The notes below the pieces were generated by a model. That model worked only from the letters and a program-made list of their open reading frames with translations. It did not search any database and was not told where the DNA came from. From Bacillota bacterium (GTDB taxonomy: Bacteria > Bacillota > Clostridia > Oscillospirales > QAMX01), in contig JAPXRI010000009.1 in NCBI GenBank assembly GCA_033813635.1, positions 2,858-66,857 of the forward strand: DNA of 64,000 nt. Direction: 5' to 3'. Position 1 is the stretch's first letter, and every line of letters starts with the position of its first letter. The translations under genes were made by a program, and so were the position numbers. Positions 9,708 through 18,956 of the stretch are shown here, piece after piece.

Positions 9708-12035
9708 ATGGTAATCTTAATGGAAAATCCCGTCTTGTGGATCGCTTTCGTCATCGCGGCCGCAGTTCTTTTAGTAATCGTTATCTATCTTCTTTTCAAG
9801 CTTAAAAACAAGAACAACTCGCTGAAGAGCCTGAAAACACTTTTAAATTCATATGCTGAAAACGACAGGAAAGGGATATCCTTTAAAGACGCCTCTCTGA
9901 AATATATCTTCGTAAACGCCGAATATGCCCGACTTTTCGGTAAAAAAGAATCCGACTTCGTCGGGCTGACCGATTTTGACATTTTCGAACGGCACATCGT
10001 CGATTTTATTCAGGAAACTGATGAGCGCGTTCTTAAAAGCGGCTCGAACGTAACCTATGAGAGAACGATAAACTCCTGTGTGTTCAGGGTAATCAAATTC
10101 CAGGTCAAGCTGGCCGACGGCACAACGGGTGTAGGCTGTTTCATTCAGGATACCACCGAGGAAAAGCGTTTTCTTAAAAATCAGGAAAGGATTTTTAACC
10201 GCAACAAAACGCTGCTGGATTTCTTTTCGCAGAGCTTCCCGAGCCGCGAAAGCCAGCTGGATTATATCGTCGACGCGGCGAAACGCGTTTCGGAAAGCCG
10301 GGAGGGCTTCGTCTTTTTCTCAAACAAGGACGCCCAGCCCGACCATATCGCCTGCATATTCTGCCTCAAGGCGTTGGAAACGAAAAAACCGGTGATCATA
10401 AACGATTTCAACACTAAGGCTTATGAGACCGTACTGCCGGCGGAGCACCGCAGCATCTCCTGCGTGATGATCGTCCCGGTGGTCATAAGGGACAAAGCCG
10501 AAGCGGTCATCGGCCTCGCCAACAAGCCCGGAGGCTACAGCGACGAAGACGCCTCCGAGATCGACCTGCTAATAAGCGGCATGCGGAACGCCGTGGTCCG
10601 GCGGGAAGCGGAGGAAAAACTGGCTTTCGAGCGCGACCGTTTTCTCAAGACTCTTGTATCCATCGGCAGCGGCGTTATTGCCACCGACAAAAACGGTATA
10701 ATCGAGATACAAAACACCGCCGCCGAGAAGCTTACCGGCCGCTCTCACGCGGAGGCGGTGGGCCGTCCCTACTCCGAGGTATACACCGTCGAACGGGCCC
10801 CCGGTCAGCCCGACCCGATCGGCGCCGCGCTCTCAAGCGGAAGACCGTTCTCCTCCAAGACCAGCGTTGTTTTAATCTCCAAAAACGGGACGCGCTACCA
10901 TATTGAGGAAAACGCCGCGCCGATACGCGACAGCACGGGGACAGCCGGAGCGGTGCTTATCTTCAGCGACGTTACCGAGATGGAGGTGCAGCGCGGGAAA
11001 ATCGAATTCCTGAGCTTTCACGACCCGCTCACCGGGCTTTACAACAGGCGCTTCTTCGAGGAGGAGATGCGGCGGCTCGACGTGAAGCGAAATCTCCCCT
11101 TGTCGATTATTATGGGCGACGCCAACGGGCTTAAGCTGACAAACGACATCTTCGGCCACGCCTTCGGCGACACGCTGATAAAAAAAGCGGCGCAGACCTT
11201 TAAAAAGGTGTGCCGTTCCGACGATATCATCGCGCGCCTTGACGGCGACGAATTCGTAATTCTGCTCCCCCGCACCGACGCGAAGGGGGCCGAATCTGTT
11301 ATCGAGCGCATCAAGGAGGAGTTTTCAAAGGAACAGGTCAAGATGATCAGGTGCAATATTTCGATGGGTACGGACACCAAAACCGAAATGTCTGAAAACC
11401 TGCTGGACGTCTATAAAAACGCCGAGGAAAAGATGTACCACGCGAAGGTGCTTGAGTCGGACAGCTTCAACGCGTCTGCGATTGAGCTGTTCATGGCCAC
11501 TCTCCAGGGTTCAACTTCCGGAGAGAAAAAGCACTCCGATTTTGTGTCCGAGCTCTGCGCCCGCATAGGGGCGGAGCTCGGCCTCTCCGATACCGTGCGG
11601 AAGAAGCTGTACGACGCCGGCTATTACCACGATATCGGCAAGATCACCCTCGACCGGAAACTCCTGAAAAAGCATTTCAATCTGACCGATCAGGAGTGGA
11701 ACGAGATCAGAAAGCACCCGCTGACCGGGTATAGGATTTTGTCGCACTGCAGCAGCACGATGGACCTCGCCGACGCCGTGCTCGCGCACCACGAGCGCTG
11801 GGACGGCTACGGCTACCCCAAGGGTCTGAAGGGCGACGAGATCCCGCTGATGTCACGGATTATCGCGATCGCCGAGGGCTTTGAGCGAAAGCTCTCAGGG
11901 GACGATTTCAATCCCCCGTTAAGCCTCGCGGACGCCCAGAAATATATTACCCAAAACGCCGGCACGCTCTACGATCCGTCGCTGATAGGCGCATTTCTAA
12001 AGGTCTCAAGCCAGTACTTTTCCTCAAAAAACTAA
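9708..12035 (+). CDS. TM-PAS-GAF-PAS-GGDEF-HD-GYP multidomain signalling protein
   Basis: GGDEF domain (LTGLYNRRFF...GHAFGD...RLDGDEFVILL) followed by HD-GYP (HDIGKITL...HHERWDGYGYPKGL). Confidence 0.85.
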   Translation: MVILMENPVLWIAFVIAAAVLLVIVIYLLFKLKNKNNSLKSLKTLLNSYAENDRKGISFKDASLKYIFVNAEYARLFGKKESDFVGLTDFDIFERHIVDFIQETDERVLKSGSNVTYERTINSCVFRVIKFQVKLADGTTGVGCFIQDTTEEKRFLKNQERIFNRNKTLLDFFSQSFPSRESQLDYIVDAAKRVSESREGFVFFSNKDAQPDHIACIFCLKALETKKPVIINDFNTKAYETVLPAEHRSISCVMIVPVVIRDKAEAVIGLANKPGGYSDEDASEIDLLISGMRNAVVRREAEEKLAFERDRFLKTLVSIGSGVIATDKNGIIEIQNTAAEKLTGRSHAEAVGRPYSEVYTVERAPGQPDPIGAALSSGRPFSSKTSVVLISKNGTRYHIEENAAPIRDSTGTAGAVLIFSDVTEMEVQRGKIEFLSFHDPLTGLYNRRFFEEEMRRLDVKRNLPLSIIMGDANGLKLTNDIFGHAFGDTLIKKAAQTFKKVCRSDDIIARLDGDEFVILLPRTDAKGAESVIERIKEEFSKEQVKMIRCNISMGTDTKTEMSENLLDVYKNAEEKMYHAKVLESDSFNASAIELFMATLQGSTSGEKKHSDFVSELCARIGAELGLSDTVRKKLYDAGYYHDIGKITLDRKLLKKHFNLTDQEWNEIRKHPLTGYRILSHCSSTMDLADAVLAHHERWDGYGYPKGLKGDEIPLMSRIIAIAEGFERKLSGDDFNPPLSLADAQKYITQNAGTLYDPSLIGAFLKVSSQYFSSKN

Positions 12036-12100
12036 TCGCCCTTGTCTCCGCCGCGCCCAGATGCGCAAGTGAAACATAAAACATATACAAATAGCAGATA

Positions 12101-12146
12101 AAAACGGCCGAACGCATCATTTTGCGTTCGGCCGCGTCTTTTTTTA
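12101..12146. terminator. Bidirectional intrinsic terminator
   Basis: 12-bp stem CGGCCGAACGCA / TGCGTTCGGCCG, flanked by an A-run and a T-run. Confidence 0.7.
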
Positions 12147-12147
12147 A

Positions 12148-12939
12148 TCAGAGAATTTTTCTCATCCTGGCAAGCCTTTGGAGCAGGCGCTCAATTTTTT
12201 CAAGCTCGCCTGTCTCCGTTATTTTTCTGCCCGAAAAATAGTATTCCACGCCGCTTCCGGCGCCGCGACCCGCGCCGTCCTTCGCGGTCTTCCCGAGCTT
12301 TCTGATAAGCTGGCAGACCGTCCCGTCTATGCCGTCGACAAATCTGACGTTCTCCGGCAGCAGCGCCCTGAACGTATCCTTAAAATAGTTGAAGTGCGTG
12401 CAGCCGAGAACGATTGACGAGTACTCACCTAAATTCCGGTTCTTAAGCGCGGCTCCGATGTATTCCGCCACGGCCGCCGAGACAAACTCCCCTCTTTCCG
12501 CGAAGCGCACAAGCGCCGGCATCGGCACAAGGTCTACCAGATGGTGCTTGTCCACCCGCTCAATCAGGTTTTTCATCTTGCTCCCCGAAACAGTAATCGG
12601 CGTCGCCGCAACGAGCACCCGTCTGTCTCCGTACAGGTCGACCGCCTTTTTCACCGCCGGCTCCATGCCGATGATCGTAACCGGGTACTTCTCCCGCATC
12701 GCCGCGACGGCGACGCTGGTCGCGGTGTTGCAGGCGATTACCACCGCCTCGGCCCCCAGTTTGATTAGAAAATCCACCGCCGCGTCGGTGTACGCCATGA
12801 TCTCGTCTTGCGTCTTCTCCCCGTAGGGCACGTGCGCCACATCCGCGTAGTATATAAATTTTTCGTCCGGCAGCGCCTCGAGCGCCCTTTCAAGAACGGA
12901 CAGCCCGCCGATACCCGAATCGAAAAAACCGATCCTCAT
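12148..12939 (-). CDS. murI: Glutamate racemase
   Basis: MRIGFFDSGIGGLSVL..., ACNTATS and GCTHF catalytic Cys motifs. 263 aa. Confidence 0.92.
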   Translation of the reverse strand: MRIGFFDSGIGGLSVLERALEALPDEKFIYYADVAHVPYGEKTQDEIMAYTDAAVDFLIKLGAEAVVIACNTATSVAVAAMREKYPVTIIGMEPAVKKAVDLYGDRRVLVAATPITVSGSKMKNLIERVDKHHLVDLVPMPALVRFAERGEFVSAAVAEYIGAALKNRNLGEYSSIVLGCTHFNYFKDTFRALLPENVRFVDGIDGTVCQLIRKLGKTAKDGAGRGAGSGVEYYFSGRKITETGELEKIERLLQRLARMRKIL

Positions 12940-13089
12940 CCCGCAAATCCCCCAGAAACCTAATTGCCTATATTATACCACGCCCTGCCGGATTAAACCA
13001 GCGCAAAGCCCTTAGCCCTGCCGGCGCGGTCCTGTTTTTCAGAGAGGGCCGGCCGCTATCTTGCCGCATATACCAGCTGAAAACCCGGG

Positions 13090-14082
13090 CTACCAGAGCT
13101 TATACACATCCGTTTTGTCGTTTTTCAGCACCGAAAGCCCGATGCGCTCCGTGCCCCCGCGCCAGCCGTCGCGGGCGTTGTAGTAGAGCCGCAGCTCGCC
13201 GTCGTATTTAGCCAGGTCGAGCTGGTAAACCAGCGCTTTCTTCCACCCTTCCGCCGGCGCGATGATCGGGTTGTAGGGCGCCTCGCGCCACGAGATCCCG
13301 TCCTCGCTTATAAGTACGCAGATGGCCGAGCGAGAGCGGTTTTCGGCGTCGGTATAAATCCCGTTGTAGAGCGCCAGGTACCCGCCCCGGTAGCCGAACA
13401 CCTTGATCGCCCCCGCCCCTAGGTTTCTGTGAGGAATCGCCGCGTCCGGCGCGAGTATCGGCGTCTTGTGCTTTTTAAACGGGCCGAGGGGGCTGTCGGC
13501 CTCGGCGAAGCTTATGTATTTCGGCTCCTCGTAGCCGCAGTCCTCCAGCTTGACCGTCCCGGCGCTGTAGTAGAGCCTGTATTTACCCTCCCTGGTCTTA
13601 ATTACGCAGGGGTTTCTCGCCTCTACGCTGACATAGCCCGGCGTGTGCTCCCGCTCCCAGGGGAGCTCGGGGCGGATCAGTTCCAGGCTGTCGCTCCAGT
13701 TTTCAAAATCCGCCGTGACCCTGACGCGCACGGCGTTGTTGATCCCGGTTTTCCTCATCTCCTCGCCGTCGAGAATCGCGGTGTAGTAGAGGTAGAAAAG
13801 TCCGCCGTCCCTGAACAGGTAACAAGGGTTGACACGCCAGGGCAGCATGTCCCGAAGCGTCCAGGAAAACCCGTCATCCGAGACACGGTGGTGAAAGTGG
13901 GGCGCGAAATCTTTCCCGAAAAATCCGTGGTAAAACGCGTGCCACTTTGAATCGTAATCCCCCGGCGTCAAAATCTGCGGGTCGCCGATCGCCGCCCGCG
14001 CCTCGTCGTTTTCATCGAGTCCGATAACCGGGTTGCCCGGATAATCCTCCCATTTTTCGCTCTGCCACTCCGGAAATTCCAT
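13090..14082 (-). CDS. Beta-propeller glycoside hydrolase-like protein (GH43/GH130-superfamily-like; family uncertain)
   Basis: 330 aa with no signal peptide. Repeated W/Y-rich blade-like segments (DGFSWT, DGISWRE, LYYNARDGW). Confidence 0.45.
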   Translation of the reverse strand: MEFPEWQSEKWEDYPGNPVIGLDENDEARAAIGDPQILTPGDYDSKWHAFYHGFFGKDFAPHFHHRVSDDGFSWTLRDMLPWRVNPCYLFRDGGLFYLYYTAILDGEEMRKTGINNAVRVRVTADFENWSDSLELIRPELPWEREHTPGYVSVEARNPCVIKTREGKYRLYYSAGTVKLEDCGYEEPKYISFAEADSPLGPFKKHKTPILAPDAAIPHRNLGAGAIKVFGYRGGYLALYNGIYTDAENRSRSAICVLISEDGISWREAPYNPIIAPAEGWKKALVYQLDLAKYDGELRLYYNARDGWRGGTERIGLSVLKNDKTDVYKLW

Positions 14083-14197
14083 ATATACACCCCTTCGTCC
14101 ATTTTATCAATATTATTATATCGCTATTCCCTGTTCATATATTCGTTTTCGTATCACGATATAAATCATTAAATTTATATTATGTTGCAACAAGTTA

Positions 14198-14226
14198 TTG
14201 ACAATACTTCGGCGCTTTTGTATAAT
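14198..14226 (+). promoter_or_regulatory. Perfect consensus sigma-A promoter upstream of the LRR gene
   Basis: TTGACA (14198-14203), 17 nt spacer, TATAAT (14221-14226). Confidence 0.6.
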
Positions 14227-14311
14227 ATATTTAAATTATATCAATTATTTCGGCGCGGGCGCAGCGGTAAACCGCTCTCGTTTAAAATCTTTTTTTAAGG
14301 AGCTGTCTGAA

Positions 14312-14954
14312 ATGAAAAAACTGATCCCGGTTTTCCTCGCGCTCTTTTCTCGCGCCGCCTATTTCACCCTACGATAAAGCCGGCAGCAGCGAGCCGGCCG
14401 AAACCACCGTTTATCAGACGGAAGCCAGCCCGTTCACCCTCGGCAGCGAGGTGTTTGACAACACGGTGACGACGCTCAATCTCACCGGCCTGACCCAGAG
14501 CGACGATCTCTCCGTCCTGAAAAACTGCCGGAACCTTGTAACCCTTAAAATACTCCATTCCGACATCCAAGCAAAAAACCTCGATTTTCTCAGTAACCGC
14601 GCCGAGCTGAGAGAGCTCCAGATGCCCGGCTGCAGCATCGAGGACATCAGCGTGCTGAAAAACTGCGCCAAGCTCAAAACACTCGACCTCTCGGGCAACA
14701 ACATCGCCGACCTTGCGCCGCTCTCGTCCCTCAACCTGCTGTATATTTTTATCGGCTACAATAAGATTACCGATATTACCCCGCTTTTATCGATGAGTAA
14801 TGTAAAACACGTCGGTTCAATAATATCTGAGGAAACCGAACAGCCGTGGTTCCCGGCGACGCCGAACCACAACAACATCACCATAGACCAGCTTAATGCG
14901 CTCTCGCAGAAAATGAGGTATAGCGCGGAATATACGGCGGGGCTGAGTAAATAA
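14312..14954 (+). pseudogene. Leucine-rich-repeat (internalin-like) secreted protein whose signal peptide and LRR body lie in different frames
   Basis: AGGAG then ATG at 14312 gives MKKLIPVFLALFSRAAYFTLR-stop (TAA at 14375). The LRR body (NLTGL..DLSVLKNC.NL..L.., ~22-aa repeats) is open in the +1-shifted frame from about 14340 to 14954. Confidence 0.55.
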
Positions 14955-15020
14955 AGCTTATTCACACGCTTAACGGCTCTTTCCGGTCTCTGGAAAAGCT
15001 CCTTTTAAACCGCAAACGCC

Positions 15021-15049
15021 TTGACAAATTCCCGCTGTTCCCGTAAACT
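15021..15049 (+). promoter_or_regulatory. Candidate sigma-A promoter for the flavodoxin gene
   Basis: TTGACA (15021-15026), 17 nt spacer, TAAACT (15044-15049). Confidence 0.4.
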
Positions 15050-15151
15050 AAAGCCGGATCGGTTTCGACCCCGATAATCATAAGCCGCTTCGGGCCTTCC
15101 CGGGCGGCGTTTGCTTAGTTCGGTTAAAAATCTATAAGGGGTGTTTTTTAA

Positions 15152-15631
15152 ATGAAAGCCGCAGTCGTCTATTACTCTCTCGAGGGAAACACGCAGCTAA
15201 TCGCCAAAGCTGTCGCGGAAGCGCTGCATGCCGACCTGTTCGCGCTCAAGCCCAGGCGGGATTTTCCGTCCGGGGGCTTTAAGAAGTTCTTCGTCGGCGG
15301 CATGTCCGCGGTATTCGGCTTAAAGCCCAAGCTCGCCAACGGCGACATCGACCTCTCGGGGTACGACCTCGTGGTGCTCGGCTCCCCGGTATGGGTCGGA
15401 AAAATCGCATCCCCGTTCAACACCTTCCTGAAGCACCCGTTCCGCGGCAAAAACACGGCGCTCTTTGTCTGCTGCGGCGGGGGCGAGGTTGAAAAAGCAC
15501 TGTCGGCCTTTAAGGCCCGGCTGCCCGGCAACCGCTTTATCGGCGAGACCAGCTTTATCGAGCCGCTAAAAAACAATCCGGAGCAATGCGCAAAAAGAGC
15601 ACGTGAGTGGATACTGTCGCTGGAGCTCTAA
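15152..15631 (+). CDS. Flavodoxin family protein
   Basis: MKAAVVYYSLEGNTQLIAKAV... is a typical flavodoxin FMN-binding N-terminus. 159 aa. Confidence 0.8.
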   Translation: MKAAVVYYSLEGNTQLIAKAVAEALHADLFALKPRRDFPSGGFKKFFVGGMSAVFGLKPKLANGDIDLSGYDLVVLGSPVWVGKIASPFNTFLKHPFRGKNTALFVCCGGGEVEKALSAFKARLPGNRFIGETSFIEPLKNNPEQCAKRAREWILSLEL

Positions 15632-15681
15632 AGCGCCGCAAAACCCGGCATTATAAACCCGTTTTATAAATAAATAGTACG

Positions 15682-16851
15682 TCAGTCGTCGCGCTGGCTC
15701 CTTGTGAACGAGCGCTTAATGTAGTGCCGCTTAACCGAGGCCACAATGCCGAGCGCCACGTACATCGTGACCACCGAGGTGCCGCCGTAGCTGATGAACG
15801 GCAGCGTCAGCCCCACCACCGGGGCCAGCTTCAGATTCATCCCCACGTTTATAAACGTCTGGAACGAAAACATCGAGGCGACGCCCACGCACACCAGCAT
15901 GCTGAATTTATCGTCCTTCATCCGGATCGCAAACGACGTGCAAATTCCGACTATGGCGGCCAGCAGAGCTATGATTGACGCCCCGCCGAAAAAGCCCAGC
16001 TCCTCGCAGGCCACCGAGAAGATGAAGTCGGTCTCCTTGGCCGGCAGGTAGTCCCCGTGGGTTATCGAGCCCTGCCCGAGCCCGTCCCCCCAGAAGCCCC
16101 CGCTCTTTATCGCCATCAGGCTCTGATGCTGGTGATAACCCGTCGAATCCAGCTTATAGGTGTCGTCGAACAAAACGATGAACCTGTCCCTCTGGTAATC
16201 GCCGAAGACGAACGCCCATAGAAACGGGATGGACGCGGCGACCGTGAGCAGCCCCGCGGCGCAGTACCTGAGATAGATGCCGCCGGCAAACGCCATGATG
16301 ATGAAGATAAAAAGATAGGAGGCGGCCATGCCGTCGTCCTTGGAAAACAGATATACAAACGCGGTGGGAATCAAGCCGTGGGCGAGCAGGGACACCAGTC
16401 CTCGAAAGGTGTTTACGTCGTCGCCGAGCACCTGAAAGTGCTTAGCGAGGGTGAAAATAAACAAAATCTTGCCGATTTCACCGGGCTGAAAGCCCACGTT
16501 CGTGCCTCCTATGTCAAACCTTATCCAGCTGTTGTTTCCCGTCTCTGCGTAGCCGGTGCCGAAAAACAGCGTGGACGACAGAAGTATCAGGTTGATGAAG
16601 AACACATATTTCCACAGCGACGAGAGGTGCGCGATGTCGAAAAGCGATAAAAGAAAATAGGCGCAGATGCCGAGGATGACCGCCACAAGCTGCACTATCA
16701 GCTCTTTTCTGGTGCCGACTGAGGTCAGAAGGACAAGGCTGTAGGCCGAAGCGGCCACAGCCAGCAAAAGCAGGAATATTTCGGTCTTGAAGAAATAGTT
16801 TTTCAGAGCCTTGAGGATTTTTTCTCCCCTGCTAATCTGTTTCAGCTCCAT
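15682..16851 (-). CDS. FtsW/RodA/SpoVE (SEDS) family peptidoglycan glycosyltransferase
   Basis: Polytopic membrane protein with a SEDS-type C-terminal region (TDFIFSVACEELGFFG, LPFISYGGTS). The likely start is ATG at 16851 (MELKQ...). The longer ORF overlaps the upstream gene. Confidence 0.85.
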   Translation of the reverse strand: MELKQISRGEKILKALKNYFFKTEIFLLLLAVAASAYSLVLLTSVGTRKELIVQLVAVILGICAYFLLSLFDIAHLSSLWKYVFFINLILLSSTLFFGTGYAETGNNSWIRFDIGGTNVGFQPGEIGKILFIFTLAKHFQVLGDDVNTFRGLVSLLAHGLIPTAFVYLFSKDDGMAASYLFIFIIMAFAGGIYLRYCAAGLLTVAASIPFLWAFVFGDYQRDRFIVLFDDTYKLDSTGYHQHQSLMAIKSGGFWGDGLGQGSITHGDYLPAKETDFIFSVACEELGFFGGASIIALLAAIVGICTSFAIRMKDDKFSMLVCVGVASMFSFQTFINVGMNLKLAPVVGLTLPFISYGGTSVVTMYVALGIVASVKRHYIKRSFTRSQRDD

Positions 16852-16853
16852 TT

Positions 16854-17780
16854 TTAGCCTATGACTCCTCCGTCCTCTCCGTAACGCCTGTTGTCTTCCA
16901 TATAAAAATAGGAGGAAAAGCTTCCGTCCGGGTTGAGGATGATCACACGCGCCCCGCAAGGGCTGACCTTTCCCCTGCCACCCTTTGCGTCCTGGTTGAA
17001 GCCCGTGGTTTTCCCGTAGCACAGCGCGATTCGGTCAAGCCTGCCCGAGTAGTCGTTTCCGTGGTCGTGCCCGCAGAACACCGCCTTCACGGTCCTGTCC
17101 TCGCAGAGGGCGCAGAAAAGCCCGCAGTTAACGAGCGCCGAGCCCTCAGGCGCCAGCCGTGTCCCGATGAAATCCCCGCTTTCCCCCACAATCCGGTACT
17201 CCGGCAGCGGGATATGGCAGAACACATAGGAATGATAGCTGTCGTACAGGCTCTCGAATTCCCTCGCGGTGCGTCTGAACCAGTCCACCTGCGAAAAATC
17301 GCCGCACGCGAGGCCCTTCAGCCCCCCGTACTTCCGCGCCGGGCTGTTGTCGAAGAAATAAAACACATATTTCGGCTCGCCGTTTTTGTCGGCGACGGTA
17401 ACGGTGTAATTCCCGTTCCCGCTCACCGCCGGATCCCCAGGCAGATACAGGCACCGCTCGCTGTTCATCAGGATTTTCTCAAGCACGGCGGGCTTTTTTA
17501 CGTAGTCTCTGTCGTGATTGCCGAAGCAAAACGCCCAGGGAAGCCCTACAGAGTCCATATACGCGCAGAAATCCGCATAGATCTGCTCGCTTTTCGGGCT
17601 CCACACCAGATCCCCGGTGACGACGGCCATGTCCGGCTTTTCGTCCCTTATCGCGTCCGATACCAGCTTTTCCGTTAGACGGCGGAATTTCTGCCCGTAG
17701 CGGAGCGACAGGTGCAGATCGGTGAACTGGATGAGCTTCAAAGGCCGCGAGATGTCAAATTCAATCGTTTTGTTTGTCAT
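16854..17780 (-). CDS. Metallophosphoesterase (calcineurin-like)
   Basis: Motifs TDLHL, VTGDLV, FGNHDR, FCHIPLPEY, GHDHGNDY. The TAA stop lies 2 nt before the SEDS start. Confidence 0.8.
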   Translation of the reverse strand: MTNKTIEFDISRPLKLIQFTDLHLSLRYGQKFRRLTEKLVSDAIRDEKPDMAVVTGDLVWSPKSEQIYADFCAYMDSVGLPWAFCFGNHDRDYVKKPAVLEKILMNSERCLYLPGDPAVSGNGNYTVTVADKNGEPKYVFYFFDNSPARKYGGLKGLACGDFSQVDWFRRTAREFESLYDSYHSYVFCHIPLPEYRIVGESGDFIGTRLAPEGSALVNCGLFCALCEDRTVKAVFCGHDHGNDYSGRLDRIALCYGKTTGFNQDAKGGRGKVSPCGARVIILNPDGSFSSYFYMEDNRRYGEDGGVIG

Positions 17781-17795
17781 ATCCGTATCCCTTTA

Positions 17796-18740
17796 TTAGG
17801 CTTTTTGTTCCGGCCTGTGCCCGGGCTGTTCGGTGACCCTTTCCCCGCCCTCGAGGTAGAGATAGGTCTCGAAATTCTGCCGCCATTTGGCGGGCAAAAC
17901 GATTATGCGCGCTCCGCGCCTGAAGTCGTCCGGCCCGTAAGCTCCCCTGCCCGCCTGGTCTGTATAGCCCGTCACGCGCCCGTACGCCAGCCGGACGCCG
18001 AAAAGCTCTCCGATATAGTCGTTTGTGTGGTCGTGTCCGGCGAATACCCCTTTGACATACCCGTCCTCCACAAGGGTGCAGAAGAGACCGGAGTTGTAGA
18101 CCGGCGAACACACGCCCTCGTTTTTCTGCCCGAAGCAGAGCTTTTCGTTCCACACCTCGTTGTACTCCGGCAGCGGGATATGGAAAAAGAACAGCGCGTA
18201 GGGAATGCCGCCGCTTTTCGTGTTGCTCCTTATCCGCGACTCCCTGACCCATTTGATCTGCGAATGGTCTATGTACGCGTAGGTCTCTTTGCCTTTTCTC
18301 CTCAAATAATCCCCCGAATCCAGCATATACAGAACCCAGGTCAGCCGGTTTTTGCCGGCGTAGAGATTTATCGTGTAATTTCCGTCCCCGGCGACGCTCT
18401 CGTCGCCCCTTTCGTAGATGCAATACTCCGCCTCCGAGAGCACCTTTTCAAGCACAGGCGCCGCCTCGCCGAATTCCCTGTCGTGGTTTCCGAAGGTAAA
18501 CGCCCATAAAAGCTTTCTCTTGTCCATGAAATCGCAGAAATCCTTGAGTGTCTGGGCGGCCGAGGCGGACATCACCAGATCCCCGGTGACGGCGAACAGA
18601 TCCGGCTTCTCGTTTTCCGCTATCTCCTCGATCAGCGAGAGCGTCTTTTGCTCCGGCCCGTCGTCGCGGAGATGGGTTAGGTGCAGGTCGGTGAGCTGGG
18701 CAATCTTGAAAAACTCCCTGTCGCTAAAGCTTAAATCCAT
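17796..18740 (-). CDS. Metallophosphoesterase, paralog of the downstream gene
   Basis: Motifs TDLHL, VTGDLV, FGNHDREF, FFHIPLPEY, GHDHTNDY. ATG at 18740 has an AAGGA RBS, whereas ATG at 18770 has none. Confidence 0.8.
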   Translation of the reverse strand: MDLSFSDREFFKIAQLTDLHLTHLRDDGPEQKTLSLIEEIAENEKPDLFAVTGDLVMSASAAQTLKDFCDFMDKRKLLWAFTFGNHDREFGEAAPVLEKVLSEAEYCIYERGDESVAGDGNYTINLYAGKNRLTWVLYMLDSGDYLRRKGKETYAYIDHSQIKWVRESRIRSNTKSGGIPYALFFFHIPLPEYNEVWNEKLCFGQKNEGVCSPVYNSGLFCTLVEDGYVKGVFAGHDHTNDYIGELFGVRLAYGRVTGYTDQAGRGAYGPDDFRRGARIIVLPAKWRQNFETYLYLEGGERVTEQPGHRPEQKA

Positions 18741-18909
18741 ATCCGTTTCCTTTACTGCAATATGCTGCATTATACATTAGGCGCAACGCGCGCAGCGGTA
18801 TAATTTTCCATCAATAGGCGGTTGCCGCGTTAAGCGGCGAGCCGTTGGATATCAAGACGTATAATAGCCGATTTGCGGCTATTATACCATAATAAGAGCT
18901 CCAAAGCAA

Positions 18910-18942
18910 ACGTTCCGGCCCACGAAACGAAGGCCGGAACGT
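18910..18942 (-). terminator. Hairpin terminator after the ABC operon (could act in both directions)
   Basis: 11-bp stem ACGTTCCGGCC / GGCCGGAACGT. T-rich tracts follow on both strands. Confidence 0.5.
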
Positions 18943-18956
18943 ATTTTTGCTTTTTT

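Noticed and set aside
15682-17022. N-terminal extensions offered by the ORF track: the SEDS gene to 17022, valS to 42954, the BNR gene to 7824, the GRE to 52108 and rnfC to 43095.
   Set aside because: The extra residues overlap upstream genes or lack an RBS, and their sequence is compositionally odd. Internal ATGs with good Shine-Dalgarno sequences match the family N-termini.
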